Part shown: positions 19,809 to 29,292 of the stretch, piece by piece
How positions within the stretch are numbered: the stretch's first letter is position 1
Layout: every line of letters begins with the position of its first letter
From: Candidatus Binatia bacterium
GTDB lineage: Bacteria > Desulfobacterota > Binatia > HRBIN30
Direction of reading: 5' to 3'
DNA: 64,000 bases
Assembly: GCA_038245295.1 (NCBI GenBank)
Contig: JBBRSP010000006.1
Span: forward strand, 160,001-224,000
Translations under genes and position numbers: made by a program
Notes under the pieces: model-generated
The model's database searches: none
Told to the model about the DNA's origin: nothing
The model's input: only the letters and a program-made list of their open reading frames with translations

Positions 19809-20678
19809 TCAAACGACCGCGAGGACGCGGCAGATTTGGCGAACGACGTCGGTGGCAATCGCGCTTTGGGCGTGCAGCAACTGGGACTCGGAGAAAGGGT
19901 AAGAGCTGGCCCACAGGACTTCTTGTTTCTTTGTGTCGGTCAACTCGACGTCGAGTCGAGCGACATCACCGTGCGCGCGAAGGATACCGATGAGCACGGC
20001 ACAGACTTCGTCGGCGCGAACGTCGCGCTGTCGGTTCTCAGCTTTACTGTGAGCTGCAATCTCGAGAACAGTGGCCAGATCCGCAGAAACAACTCGCAGT
20101 CCGCGGACGCTGGAAAGCTGCGCGAGAATGGTCGCACGAAAGCCGCCGGCCAAATCTGCGCCGAGTCGTTCACCTGTGGCCGCTTGGAATGCAGGCATGA
20201 GTAGACAGTGGTTGAACGAGACGCCAGCCGACTCGGCCCGCACGAGCTCGCGCCAGTCCACTCGCCACCCGACCCGCACGCTCAACACGTCGGCAAGTTT
20301 TACCAGCGAGCCACTCGTCGCTCGACCCCCGCTGCGCCACTTCTTGATCGTGCCTTCCGAAAGAAGCCGGCTCTCGAGCGCCAGTCCAGGTTCGTAGAGG
20401 TCGATGATTTTCAAGCCGGCCTGTCGGCAGAGCGTCTTGAGCTTGGGGTAGTCAACGGAGTAGCCGCGGCGATGCTCATCGTTTGCTGTTGTGGTGGCAC
20501 GCGATATCGCGCGCCCTCCGCCGCTCTTACCTTGTCGTGGTCGTGAAGATCGGGCAAGACGTCGTGTAGCCGCTCCCACCACGGTGGTTACTGGCGATAC
20601 CGGATCAGGAGCGACGAACCCTCGCGTTTCGTGCCGACGCTGCGCCGGCTCGGCTCCTTCTGATGCACGACGGTTCAT
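19809..20678 (-). CDS. HTH-like plus TolB-N-like domain protein (start uncertain)
   Basis: LSEGTIKKWRSG...SLVKLADVL; LAQLSSVRGLRVVS...LDVELTD....VLWASSY. Confidence 0.6.
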   Translation of the reverse strand: MNRRASEGAEPAQRRHETRGFVAPDPVSPVTTVVGAATRRLARSSRPRQGKSGGGRAISRATTTANDEHRRGYSVDYPKLKTLCRQAGLKIIDLYEPGLALESRLLSEGTIKKWRSGGRATSGSLVKLADVLSVRVGWRVDWRELVRAESAGVSFNHCLLMPAFQAATGERLGADLAGGFRATILAQLSSVRGLRVVSADLATVLEIAAHSKAENRQRDVRADEVCAVLIGILRAHGDVARLDVELTDTKKQEVLWASSYPFSESQLLHAQSAIATDVVRQICRVLAVV

Positions 20679-21763
20679 TGCCTGGCCTCCTTCCGAGGGC
20701 GAGTACTTTGACGGCGAGACGTTTGTCTCCTCGTGGAGGATTTTGGGGTCTTTCCTCTAGGTGACGAGACAGGGGCGATATGAGGGGCCTTCGGAACATC
20801 GCCAACGTCTGGAACCGCGGCGATTTCATCTATGCTCGACGGCGGTAGCAAGGTGACCTCTTCCTTAATGCCAGGACGCAGCCGTTCGGCGAGTTGCAAC
20901 CTGCGGCGAAACCATATGCGGTAGTCGGCTGACGACGCTCGCGGTATCGCGTCCACGCCACTCGCGACGAGCCACCCGTGGGCAGCTGCGAGTGTGGCAT
21001 TGAACTCCTCGATCAGTCCGTCGACCGGATCGTGTCGATCCAGCGGAAAGCCGCTCGTCTCGATTTCTTGCAGCAGCTCATCGCCAATCGGCAACAGGCG
21101 GTGAGTTGCGAATTGGACGAACCGGAGGGGCTCACCCACGGCGTGTGGGAGCAAGTATGAAACGAGTCGGAAATTCGCGTCGACAGCGTGCGGGACTTCA
21201 CCTAGCGCGAGCGCTGTCAGATAGTGGTAGCGACGACATTCGTTCCACAGGAGAAACGCATAGGCGGCCTGCTCGTTCGGCAAGAGCCCTTGAATTAGTA
21301 CGCCAGCCGCCGCCAACCGAAGAGCGGATTGGAGGTGGCGATCCAGTTGATCGCTGTACGCGACGACAACGATCCTTCTCTCCGGAAAAAACAGGGCGCC
21401 CATGCGCTCGGCTTCCTTTAGCGATCGCACAATTAGTTTGGATGGACCCATCCACGTCCACAAGCGATAGCGGCGATCACGGGTTTCAAAGAGGAGCGGA
21501 AGGTAGCGCACCTTCCGCGTCGAGCGCTGTTCGAGACGTCGCTCCTGTCGCAGAGCCTCTAGGCCGATCTTTCCGCCACCGTGAGCGCGGACAAATTCCG
21601 ACCGGTAGACTTTCTTGTACGCCGCCGAGTGACGCCGTCCCAAGCCGCGTTTAGTCACAAGCCTCTTCCTCTTCCTCTTCTCACCGCTTTCTGTTGATAC
21701 CGGTCGGCGCGCTTCACGGGGTGAGGCGGGCGGTGGGTTATGTTTGTTGTCGTCCATCGTCAT
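20675..21763 (-). CDS. Hypothetical protein
   Basis: 362-aa ORF with basic termini, stop coupled to the next gene. Confidence 0.5.
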   Translation of the reverse strand: MTMDDNKHNPPPASPREARRPVSTESGEKRKRKRLVTKRGLGRRHSAAYKKVYRSEFVRAHGGGKIGLEALRQERRLEQRSTRKVRYLPLLFETRDRRYRLWTWMGPSKLIVRSLKEAERMGALFFPERRIVVVAYSDQLDRHLQSALRLAAAGVLIQGLLPNEQAAYAFLLWNECRRYHYLTALALGEVPHAVDANFRLVSYLLPHAVGEPLRFVQFATHRLLPIGDELLQEIETSGFPLDRHDPVDGLIEEFNATLAAAHGWLVASGVDAIPRASSADYRIWFRRRLQLAERLRPGIKEEVTLLPPSSIDEIAAVPDVGDVPKAPHIAPVSSPRGKTPKSSTRRQTSRRQSTRPRKEARQ

Positions 21764-21941
21764 TCAGGGAAGCCGTCGAGTGCTTCACCATTCCTCTACT
21801 CGACAAACTACAGCACGCGCGCATCGCGTTCGACGGCCAGAACCGGTTGGACCGACACAACGCGACCCTTGTCGGCGTGACGAAACAAGCGGCGCTACAG
21901 GTCTTCCTGAAGCGCCGCTTTCGTATTGCTGCCCAAGGTCG

Positions 21942-22484
21942 TCACCTCCGCGATGCAGGGTGTCGTATGGGGAGGGAATGGTTGCCGTCAGCTGAATAGT
22001 AGTAAGTAAGGGCGAAAGAGACGGCATCGAAAATCGCCATCCGTTGGTCCTCGCTCATCCAGAGCTTGCGAATCGGCGGCACCGATACCGCTAAGGCAGG
22101 GAGATGTTCCGCAACGGTGCGGGCCATCCGGTCTTTGTTCGGTCGCTCTTCCCCTTTGAACATCTCGCGGACTTCCCGCGCCGAGACGATGTGAAGGTCA
22201 AGGCCAAGGTGGATGACGAGCCGCGAGATTCCTCGAATCAAGGCACGCGCGCGTCGTCGACGCCGACAGCTTGAGTCCGCGCAATTCTCAACGATGACGA
22301 TGTCCGGTTGGTACTGCTGAATGAGCTGGGTCACCTTCTGGAGTGCCACTCGTCGCGTACCACCACGGCTTCGACTCAGACCCCAATCTACAAGGTCACC
22401 CGGGCCTTCAAGGATTGCATACCCAAAACCACGCGAGAACGGATCCACCCCTAAGACCCGGCGCGTCATGCGCTCGCGTCTCAT
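21942..22484 (-). CDS. RuvC/RNase H-fold nuclease
   Basis: VLGVDP..RGFGYAIL, PDIVIVE, FDAVSFAL. Confidence 0.72.
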   Translation of the reverse strand: MRRERMTRRVLGVDPFSRGFGYAILEGPGDLVDWGLSRSRGGTRRVALQKVTQLIQQYQPDIVIVENCADSSCRRRRRARALIRGISRLVIHLGLDLHIVSAREVREMFKGEERPNKDRMARTVAEHLPALAVSVPPIRKLWMSEDQRMAIFDAVSFALTYYYSADGNHSLPIRHPASRR

Positions 22485-22846
22485 ACCGATGCATCGTTAT
22501 CGGTCTGATGCGCTCCTGCTGCGTTGGCGATCGCCGAAAGCGTCTCCAGTTTGCGCTGGTGTAGCGGACCGCCATGGCTGGTGGACAGACGTTGCACGAG
22601 CGCGTGCACACGTTGAATGACGTCGCTCGTGGCCCGCTCATGTGCGCCCGCAAAGAGCCGCTCCAGCGGTAGACGAAAAATGATGGCGCACGCAAACATC
22701 GTGGCGACGTTTGGGTGGCGTACGAATCGCTCGTAGCGCGATACTTTGCTGCCATGTTGGCAGCCGAGCAGGAAGGAAACCTCAGCCTGAGACAGGCCTG
22801 CCTCCCTCCGCGCTGCCCGAATGTAGTTCGGGAGCTTCTGAGGCAT
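22481..22846 (-). CDS. XRE-family HTH regulator
   Basis: IRAARREAGLSQAEVS...VSRYE...P. Confidence 0.85.
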   Translation of the reverse strand: MPQKLPNYIRAARREAGLSQAEVSFLLGCQHGSKVSRYERFVRHPNVATMFACAIIFRLPLERLFAGAHERATSDVIQRVHALVQRLSTSHGGPLHQRKLETLSAIANAAGAHQTDNDASV

Positions 22847-22982
22847 AGGTTCTACTTTTAGAAACTGTCGCCGCAGGGATGCGGCGACAAATGAATAATC
22901 TTTTCATTGTACGATGGCCGCCAGCCTTGTTGGAGGATATCCGTTGTGCCGTCAGCGGCAACTTGCAACGAGAGCCTGAACG

Positions 22983-23014
22983 AAAAAGAAGGCAAGCGGG
23001 GATGCTTGCCTTCT
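22983..23014 (-). terminator. Intrinsic terminator after the DUF932 gene
   Basis: 11-bp stem AGAAGGCAAGC/GCTTGCCTTCT followed by a U-run on the minus strand. Confidence 0.75.
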
Positions 23015-23019
23015 GTGCT

Positions 23020-23961
23020 TTAGTTGAGCGCCGCAGTCAGGAGCGATCCGCCGAAGCGTTCCATCTCGATGCGTCGCAGCGGTGCCAATGTTTGGGCCGC
23101 TCCGGTAAAGGCGTTGATGATCCCGAACCGATTCGCCTCGGGGTCGCCAATGTAGCGTGCCATGATTTCATCGGTGAGCTTCTGGCTCATCTTGCGCTCT
23201 TCGGCGATATTCCGGATGACGTCGAACGGATCAGCGATGGGCTCCTCCCTGGTCTTCAGGAATGCGTCGAGCACCTGGCTTGCTACCACGAAGCCGTCGC
23301 CAATCGCCTCGGCCATGCGGCGGGTGAGTTCGTTTGCCGTGAAGTGGATGTGCGCGTGCCGAAAGGCTTTCTCCTCGGCCACCACCAGGTCGTTCGTGCA
23401 TGCTTTGCGGAACACGAACGGCTCGACCGACACGCTTCCCATGCCGACCTCGGAATTGCCAATCATGATGCCAGCCTTCAGGCCACTGGTGGGCTCGACC
23501 AACTCCTCGGAGACGATCTTTAAGAAGCAGTGGGTCTCTTCGAGCACAAACGACTTGATCCGAAGGGTGTCGCTTCTGAGCAGCTCTTCCACCGTCTCGG
23601 CGATCTGCCGGTTGTCGAAAGCGACGTACTCGCCGGAGAGGAAGGCGCGCACGTGAGCGGCTTTGCCGCGCAAGAGAAAAGCTCGTTCACTCATTCGTGA
23701 GAAGTCGAAGTTCGCTACCTTGGCTCTCATGTCGTTCGGCAGCCGCCGGTAGTACGCCACCGGGATACTGAGGCGTTCGCACATTTGACTCGTTGCGAGA
23801 TCCGAGAGCGTCAAAGATTCCGGCGCAGGTCCTCCATTCTTCGCCAAGAGATCGCCGCGCTCACCGATCCAGAGCTGCGGGGTGGGCATCTTGCGATCCC
23901 ATTTTCCGACGTCGTCAGCGGAGATCCGCGTGGCAACGTCATTCCAGGTTACTCGGTCCAT
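23020..23961 (-). CDS. DUF932-like protein
   Basis: QMCERLSIPVAYY, RAFLSGEY..FDN, GIMIGNSEVG.GS, CTN; RBS AAGGAGG. Confidence 0.75.
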   Translation of the reverse strand: MDRVTWNDVATRISADDVGKWDRKMPTPQLWIGERGDLLAKNGGPAPESLTLSDLATSQMCERLSIPVAYYRRLPNDMRAKVANFDFSRMSERAFLLRGKAAHVRAFLSGEYVAFDNRQIAETVEELLRSDTLRIKSFVLEETHCFLKIVSEELVEPTSGLKAGIMIGNSEVGMGSVSVEPFVFRKACTNDLVVAEEKAFRHAHIHFTANELTRRMAEAIGDGFVVASQVLDAFLKTREEPIADPFDVIRNIAEERKMSQKLTDEIMARYIGDPEANRFGIINAFTGAAQTLAPLRRIEMERFGGSLLTAALN

Positions 23962-24283
23962 TGTTCTTTCCTCCTTTATTTGAACGATCTGGAGGGAAGC
24001 GTACGGCGAACGATGGATGCGTTGAAGAATGGTCCTTTTGCCGCTCGGGATCATGCCGCTTCTCTTGGCAAGTGAGGAGGTTGAGACACGAAGAGACAGG
24101 GAATTCTCGGCTGCTCACTTGTTGTCCTGTTGAACGGACATCCGCGTCTGAACCGTCCGCCTGGGCAGACAAGCCGTGCTGCGCCCTTGTCCATCAAACA
24201 ATAACCGCCACCGAACTACACAGGCGTAATTCTTGCTTCTAACGGAAGTCAAATTCTGGCTCGAATTAAAGGGGGCAAATTAA

Positions 24284-24766
24284 ATGTGGGCAAGACTGGC
24301 AGCGGTTATCTACTTCTTCTTGTCGCAAATCGGCGGGGGCGGGAGCCTACCTGCACAGAGCGGCATCGTCCTGAGCTGTGCGGGCGCCACGTGCACCCCG
24401 ACATCTACGCGCACACGAACGCCAACACGGACCCGGACACCGACCCCAACATGCACGGAAACACCGACGCCGATCGCAGAACCGGTGGTACACGCTGACA
24501 TCGCGTGCTGGAAAACAGGCGTTCAGTGCTACGCCTGCAACCGGGGCCCGGACGACGCAACGATTCACGGTTTCGTTACGCCCGCGACAATGCCGGCGAG
24601 CCCCGACTTCTCGATCTCGTGTGGCAGTACGCTTTTCGTTTGGGCGGCGGATGGCGCCTCGGATCCGGCATCTGTCACCTGCCTCGTTTCAGTGGTGGGG
24701 AATGGACCGAAGAACATCAGTTGCGGAACGGTGCCGGTATCCTCCTGCGACTGTCTTGCGCCGTGA
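24284..24766 (+). CDS. Secreted Cys-rich protein with Pro/Thr repeats
   Basis: Signal-like N-terminus, TPTRTRTPTPT linker, RBS AAGGGGG. Confidence 0.6.
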   Translation: MWARLAAVIYFFLSQIGGGGSLPAQSGIVLSCAGATCTPTSTRTRTPTRTRTPTPTCTETPTPIAEPVVHADIACWKTGVQCYACNRGPDDATIHGFVTPATMPASPDFSISCGSTLFVWAADGASDPASVTCLVSVVGNGPKNISCGTVPVSSCDCLAP

Positions 24767-24968
24767 CCATCAGAACTATCTCGTTGGGAAGCACACACTC
24801 ACCGGCTCGCAAGAGCCGGTGAGGACTGCTCCGAACGAGACGCGTCGACAGACCATCGATCGGGAACGGTCGGACCCTGAAGTCGTGTCGCCGGTCTCAA
24901 TTCCAAAGTAGCAGGAACGAGTCTACTACTTTGGAAAGCGCAAGGCTTTGCCAAAGCGGTGGACATTG

Positions 24969-25118
24969 GGTGACTTCAGGTGACTTTGGGTGACATTGAC
25001 CGGGCGGTGTCGACGGCACACCACGCAGCATCCCGAGCTGCCGCGCTGATTCGTCGAGCCTCGGTGGCCACCTCTCCGCTTCCCATCCTGAAGTCACCCA
25101 AAGTCACCTAACGTCACC
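24969..25118. repeat. Inverted iteron arrays (putative origin)
   Basis: GGTGAC at 24969, 24979, 24989 and GTCACC at 25093, 25103, 25113. Confidence 0.65.
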
Positions 25119-26458
25119 TGGTCGTCAGTTGGTGCTCGCTGCTCCGCGCCTTCGGCCAGGCCGTACTTCTCGCGCAGGCGCTGGAGCTTTGGGAAGTCTT
25201 CGAGGGCGATGACGTAGCTTCCTTGAACTCGTTGCGGCTTGAGACCAAGGCGCTTTCGTAGAATGCCGCCGATCCACTTGTTCGTCACCTTGCGCTCGTA
25301 TTCGTCACCAAAGCGTTCCGTAAACTCGGTCGTGATCTCTTTGACAGAAAGACGCGACTCGGCGCTGAGAAGCAACAGTTCATTGATGACGTCGACCACT
25401 TGCGCCTCGGTGCTCATCCCTCGCTCGGAAACGGTATCGTGCTGATAGCGGTGCGCGAGCTCCGTGATTTCCAGACGAACGGCCGCATCGTCGATGATGC
25501 TGAGCAAAGGCACGAAGACCTGATTGAGACGCGGTTCGAGGCTCCGGTCGACGAACGCTTCGTTCGGACGGCATCGGGGTAAAGTCCGGAAACGGAACAG
25601 CAGGAGCTTGTTCCGCAGCGCACGTGCTTCATTCTCAAATGCTTCGGGAAGGCTGATCGGAATGTCCTCGCGCAACGGACGTTGCCCCATGTCTTCGGTC
25701 AGGCAGCGACTCTCAAGAGCGTTGTCTTCAAAGAAGCCGCGGGTAGCGATAATCTTCGGCCCAAACACCGCATAGGCGCGCGGGTTGAATTCGCCCTTGC
25801 CGTTCGCCTCGCTCCTGAGCACGGGGAAGCCCCGGCCGTTCCCGTTGTTGAGGATCTTGACGACTTCAGCCTTCGCGTCGGTCTGGCGCCAATCGCTCTC
25901 GTCGACGACGAGAGTGCCGCGAAAGGTGTCGATCAGCCGAAAGATTGGCGAGACGGTTGAGGCGCCACTGGCGAAGATTGGTTTGTAGCAGAGCGATCCG
26001 ACGGTCAGGAGAAACCGGCTTTTGCCGCTGCCGGCGTCACCGCGGACGCGAAGGTATGGCAGCTCGTTGAACCGATCGTAGACCCACGTGAAGAGGATGT
26101 AGTAGCTCGCGATCTGTTCATAGATCGGGCTCAGATCAACGTAGCGATGCAGAAACGCCTGGAGTTCGTGGATCAAGTCAGACTCTGCACCGTACTCCTC
26201 GGGCGCAGACGGAAACATCACGACGCGATGTTTCACGAGGTTGTTGCTGGCGGCGTAGGGCACGAGAGTCTCGGAGGCACTGAGTTCAACGCGGGGCTGT
26301 TCGTGCCACGTGCCGTCGTTCCACACGGCGAAGGACGTCGAGACCTTCTCAGGGTCGTAGACCATTTCCACGACTCGCCCATCGGCAAGCACCGCAGATA
26401 CGGCCGGGACGCCGCGCGAGGTGGTCGGCTCTTGTTTGTCAAGCTGCTTCTCGTCCAT
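25094..26458 (-). CDS. Primase-associated P-loop replication ATPase
   Basis: GDAGSGKS, LVVDE, GPKIIATR, ALESRC, C-terminal wHTH-like region. Confidence 0.72.
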   Translation of the reverse strand: MDEKQLDKQEPTTSRGVPAVSAVLADGRVVEMVYDPEKVSTSFAVWNDGTWHEQPRVELSASETLVPYAASNNLVKHRVVMFPSAPEEYGAESDLIHELQAFLHRYVDLSPIYEQIASYYILFTWVYDRFNELPYLRVRGDAGSGKSRFLLTVGSLCYKPIFASGASTVSPIFRLIDTFRGTLVVDESDWRQTDAKAEVVKILNNGNGRGFPVLRSEANGKGEFNPRAYAVFGPKIIATRGFFEDNALESRCLTEDMGQRPLREDIPISLPEAFENEARALRNKLLLFRFRTLPRCRPNEAFVDRSLEPRLNQVFVPLLSIIDDAAVRLEITELAHRYQHDTVSERGMSTEAQVVDVINELLLLSAESRLSVKEITTEFTERFGDEYERKVTNKWIGGILRKRLGLKPQRVQGSYVIALEDFPKLQRLREKYGLAEGAEQRAPTDDQVTLGDFG

Positions 26459-27407
26459 CGGTTTGAGAGTGAAGGTTTTCCAAAAACTCAAGCGCTTTCA
26501 GGAACGGTAACCGCTCGACGGCGATCACGAACGTGATCACGTCACCGTACCGGCCGCAGCCGTAGCAGCGGAACCGACCGGCCTCGGGGTACACCATGAG
26601 CGAGGGGTAGTGGTCTTCGTGGAAGGGGCACCGGCCACGCAGACTCGCGCCGGACGGGCGCAGTTGGATGTAGCGCTCGATCAGATCGCCAATGGGAACC
26701 GCCGCCTTTACGTCAGCAACGCGACGACTCACTTCGTTGAAGGGACGCGAAAGACCAGACGACGGTATCACCGGTAGGGTCACGGGAAGCACGGGTACCG
26801 GCGTCGCTCGCTCAAGGAGCCCGAGAAAGTCTTCGCGCGTGTGTTGAAGTCGCACGAAGAAGTCGGTGATGTCACCGGCCGGACCCACCTCGTCGGGTAA
26901 CTGGACGATTTTTGCATGTGGCAGGAATTGGCCGACGCGCAGCGCTCCAGCCCGGCCGGCGCCGTCGAGATCAAAGCAGAGGTAGATCTCCGGAATTGGT
27001 GCGAGATCATCAACCCACTCGGTACGGAGGGTACCCGCGCCACCGGTCGACGTCACGGCCGCGAAGCCGTGCGACTCCAAGACCAGTCGATCGAACTCGC
27101 CTTCGCAAATGATGAGGCGGCACGGTTTCGCGAGCACACGCTCCCAACCGTAGAGTTCTACTGACCCGCCGCGCGACGTCAGCATTTTTGGATCGTCGTT
27201 GCTGCCTTCCGGATCCCTCGCCAGTTTGAAGCAAACCACTTCGTCCAAGCGGTTGCGGATCGGAATCGTAATGCGCCGACCGTTCCAACCGAGCTGATGG
27301 AGTGTGATCACCTCGTCCGCGATACCGCGCGCCACAAGATACGTGCGAATGCGGTCGGGCAGCGCTTCGTGGTACCGAATGGCTTGGGCGCGAAGGTCGT
27401 CATGCAT
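26439..27407 (-). CDS. DNA primase (Toprim plus C-terminal CHC2 zinc finger)
   Basis: ICEGEFD, FDLDGAG, DITDF, CPFHEDHYPS...CYGC. Confidence 0.88.
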   Translation of the reverse strand: MHDDLRAQAIRYHEALPDRIRTYLVARGIADEVITLHQLGWNGRRITIPIRNRLDEVVCFKLARDPEGSNDDPKMLTSRGGSVELYGWERVLAKPCRLIICEGEFDRLVLESHGFAAVTSTGGAGTLRTEWVDDLAPIPEIYLCFDLDGAGRAGALRVGQFLPHAKIVQLPDEVGPAGDITDFFVRLQHTREDFLGLLERATPVPVLPVTLPVIPSSGLSRPFNEVSRRVADVKAAVPIGDLIERYIQLRPSGASLRGRCPFHEDHYPSLMVYPEAGRFRCYGCGRYGDVITFVIAVERLPFLKALEFLENLHSQTDGREAA

Positions 27408-27688
27408 GATTCGCACGGTACGACAGTCTACTACGTGGCCGAAGGCGGCGCGGTATGGCGACAACGGCAAGTCGGCCAGTCTTCGGTGCATTGAGGACGA
27501 CGCGTAGGATGGACGCATGTCTACTCGCTTGCCTTACATTTCACGTCTTGAAGCGTGTCTTGAACCCCCAATCCCTGAGCGCTCAGCCGGGGTGCGATCT
27601 GGTCAACTTGCGCGAGTGGGTGGTACCCTGTGGGTACCCACGGGTGGCGGGCTAGCCTCCTCCCGGTGTTGCTCATCGACAACTTAAT

Positions 27689-27916
27689 ATGGCGGTTGAA
27701 CGACGCGAACTGACTTCGCTCCGTCATCTCCTCACCCTAGGAGAGGTGGCGGAGTTTCTGCGCATCTCAAAAACCAGCGTCTATCGGCTCGTCGATCGGC
27801 GCGAACTTTCCTGCTGCCGTGTCGGTCGCAGCCTCAGGTTCACGATCCACGATGTAGATACCTACTTGCGTAGTCAACGCATCGGACCAACTGCCGCTGA
27901 TCAAGACAACCTATGA
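27689..27916 (+). CDS. Excisionase-like HTH protein
   Basis: LLTLGEVAEFLRISKTSVYRL...RVGRSLRF. Confidence 0.85.
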   Translation: MAVERRELTSLRHLLTLGEVAEFLRISKTSVYRLVDRRELSCCRVGRSLRFTIHDVDTYLRSQRIGPTAADQDNL

Positions 27917-29100
27917 GCGCACGGAAAATAGGACACTCCTGGTGGGTGGATTTCCGACACGCTCACCAGAGAATTAGAAAACGAAGTCCAGACAACAGTC
28001 GCGCTGGCGCTGCGGTATTCGAGGCGACGCTGCGCGGTCGCTTGGCTCGCGGAGAACCGCTGTTTCCAGCGGTGCACCGACCCCAGCCAAAGCCGCGCTT
28101 CGAAGTGTTCGCCTGGCACTGGTACGACGTCTATGTGAAGACCAACAACAAGCCGTCCGAGCAGCGGACGAAGCGAATAGTCCTCCGAAGGCACCTCGTA
28201 CCGTGTTTTGGGAAGTCCGCTCTCGACGCGATCACGGCGCTCCACATCGAGCAATTCAAGGCGTCGCAACTTAAGTCGGGCCTTGCCCCAAAGACTGTCA
28301 ACAACTCCCTAGCGATCCTTGGAAAATGCCTTCGAACCGCAGAAGAATGGGGCGAGGTTGTTCGCATGCCCAAGATCAAGCCGTTGCAGGTGCCGCCGCA
28401 GAAGTTCGACTTCCTGTCGGTCGAAGAAGCGAATCGGCTCATCCGCGCAGGGAACGATCCTCAGTGGCGAGCGATGGTCGTAGTCGCACTTCGAACCGGT
28501 CTCCGGCTCGGCGAGCTACTCGCGCTCGATTGGACAGATATCGATCTGGAAGCCTCGAGACTCACGGTACGGCGGTCGGTCTTCGGGAACCAGTTCGTTT
28601 CGCCGAAGAGCAACCGCATCCGGCACATTCCGCTCACAGATCAGACGCTACGGGTGCTCTGCGCGATCAAACAACCGGCCGGTCTTGTTTTCAAGCGCCG
28701 CGGTCCCGGACCTCTGAATCGTAAGACCCCAGCAAGAGTGATTTCGCTCCTTTGCACCGCAGCGGGCATTCGCCAAATCGGATGGCACGTCCTCCGACAT
28801 ACATTCGCCAGTCACCTGGCGATGGGCGGCGTTAGCATGAAGGCAATTCAGGAACTGCTTGGCCATTCAGACATTCGAACGACGATGCGCTACGCCCATC
28901 TGACTCCATCGATACTGCAGGACGCAGTGCGCGTTCTCGAGTCCGAGCCGACGCCAGCGGACACGCTTGTTGGGCAACCGGCGGGCAACGCTTTTGTAGC
29001 CGCCGTGGAGGACAAACAAAAACACCCCAGTATACGGGGCGTTTCTGCGGAATTTGTTGGCTCGGGAGGTGGGATTCGAAACGCCGGGCACGACGTTTGA
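27913..29100 (+). CDS. Tyrosine integrase (second)
   Basis: TGLRLGE, PKS, HVLRHTFASH, LLGHSD...TMRY. Confidence 0.95.
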   Translation: MSARKIGHSWWVDFRHAHQRIRKRSPDNSRAGAAVFEATLRGRLARGEPLFPAVHRPQPKPRFEVFAWHWYDVYVKTNNKPSEQRTKRIVLRRHLVPCFGKSALDAITALHIEQFKASQLKSGLAPKTVNNSLAILGKCLRTAEEWGEVVRMPKIKPLQVPPQKFDFLSVEEANRLIRAGNDPQWRAMVVVALRTGLRLGELLALDWTDIDLEASRLTVRRSVFGNQFVSPKSNRIRHIPLTDQTLRVLCAIKQPAGLVFKRRGPGPLNRKTPARVISLLCTAAGIRQIGWHVLRHTFASHLAMGGVSMKAIQELLGHSDIRTTMRYAHLTPSILQDAVRVLESEPTPADTLVGQPAGNAFVAAVEDKQKHPSIRGVSAEFVGSGGGIRNAGHDV

Positions 29101-29219
29101 GAAGTACTGCAAATCAACAACTATCGCGGTACGACATAGGTGATCATCATTTGCAGTGATCTGCACATGGAACACCCTGTCGCCACCATTTGTCACCTCG
29201 TGGGCAACAGATGGGCAAC
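28971..29219. other. Putative intact attP: tRNA-3'-end core flanked by arm repeats
   Basis: Minus strand 29080-29058 reads TTCGAATCCCACCTCCCGAGCCA. Paired (T/C)GGGCAAC repeats at 28971-28989 and 29201-29219. Confidence 0.6.
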
Positions 29220-29292
29220 ACATCTGGGAGGGTGACGAATGCGGAATGCAAAGGGCGGAGCTACGGCTCCGTTCTTTGCATTCCGCGACGGA

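Noticed and set aside
21942..22484. TnpB/Cas12-like RNA-guided nuclease
   Set aside because: Only 180 aa, no zinc finger or REC/WED region, no adjacent array or IS ends
27627..27644. Palindrome GTGGGTACCCAC between primase and excisionase
   Set aside because: Could be an operator, but 12 bp in GC-rich DNA is too weak to call
29058..29080. tRNA gene
   Set aside because: Only the T-loop and 3' acceptor strand are present; no D or anticodon arm
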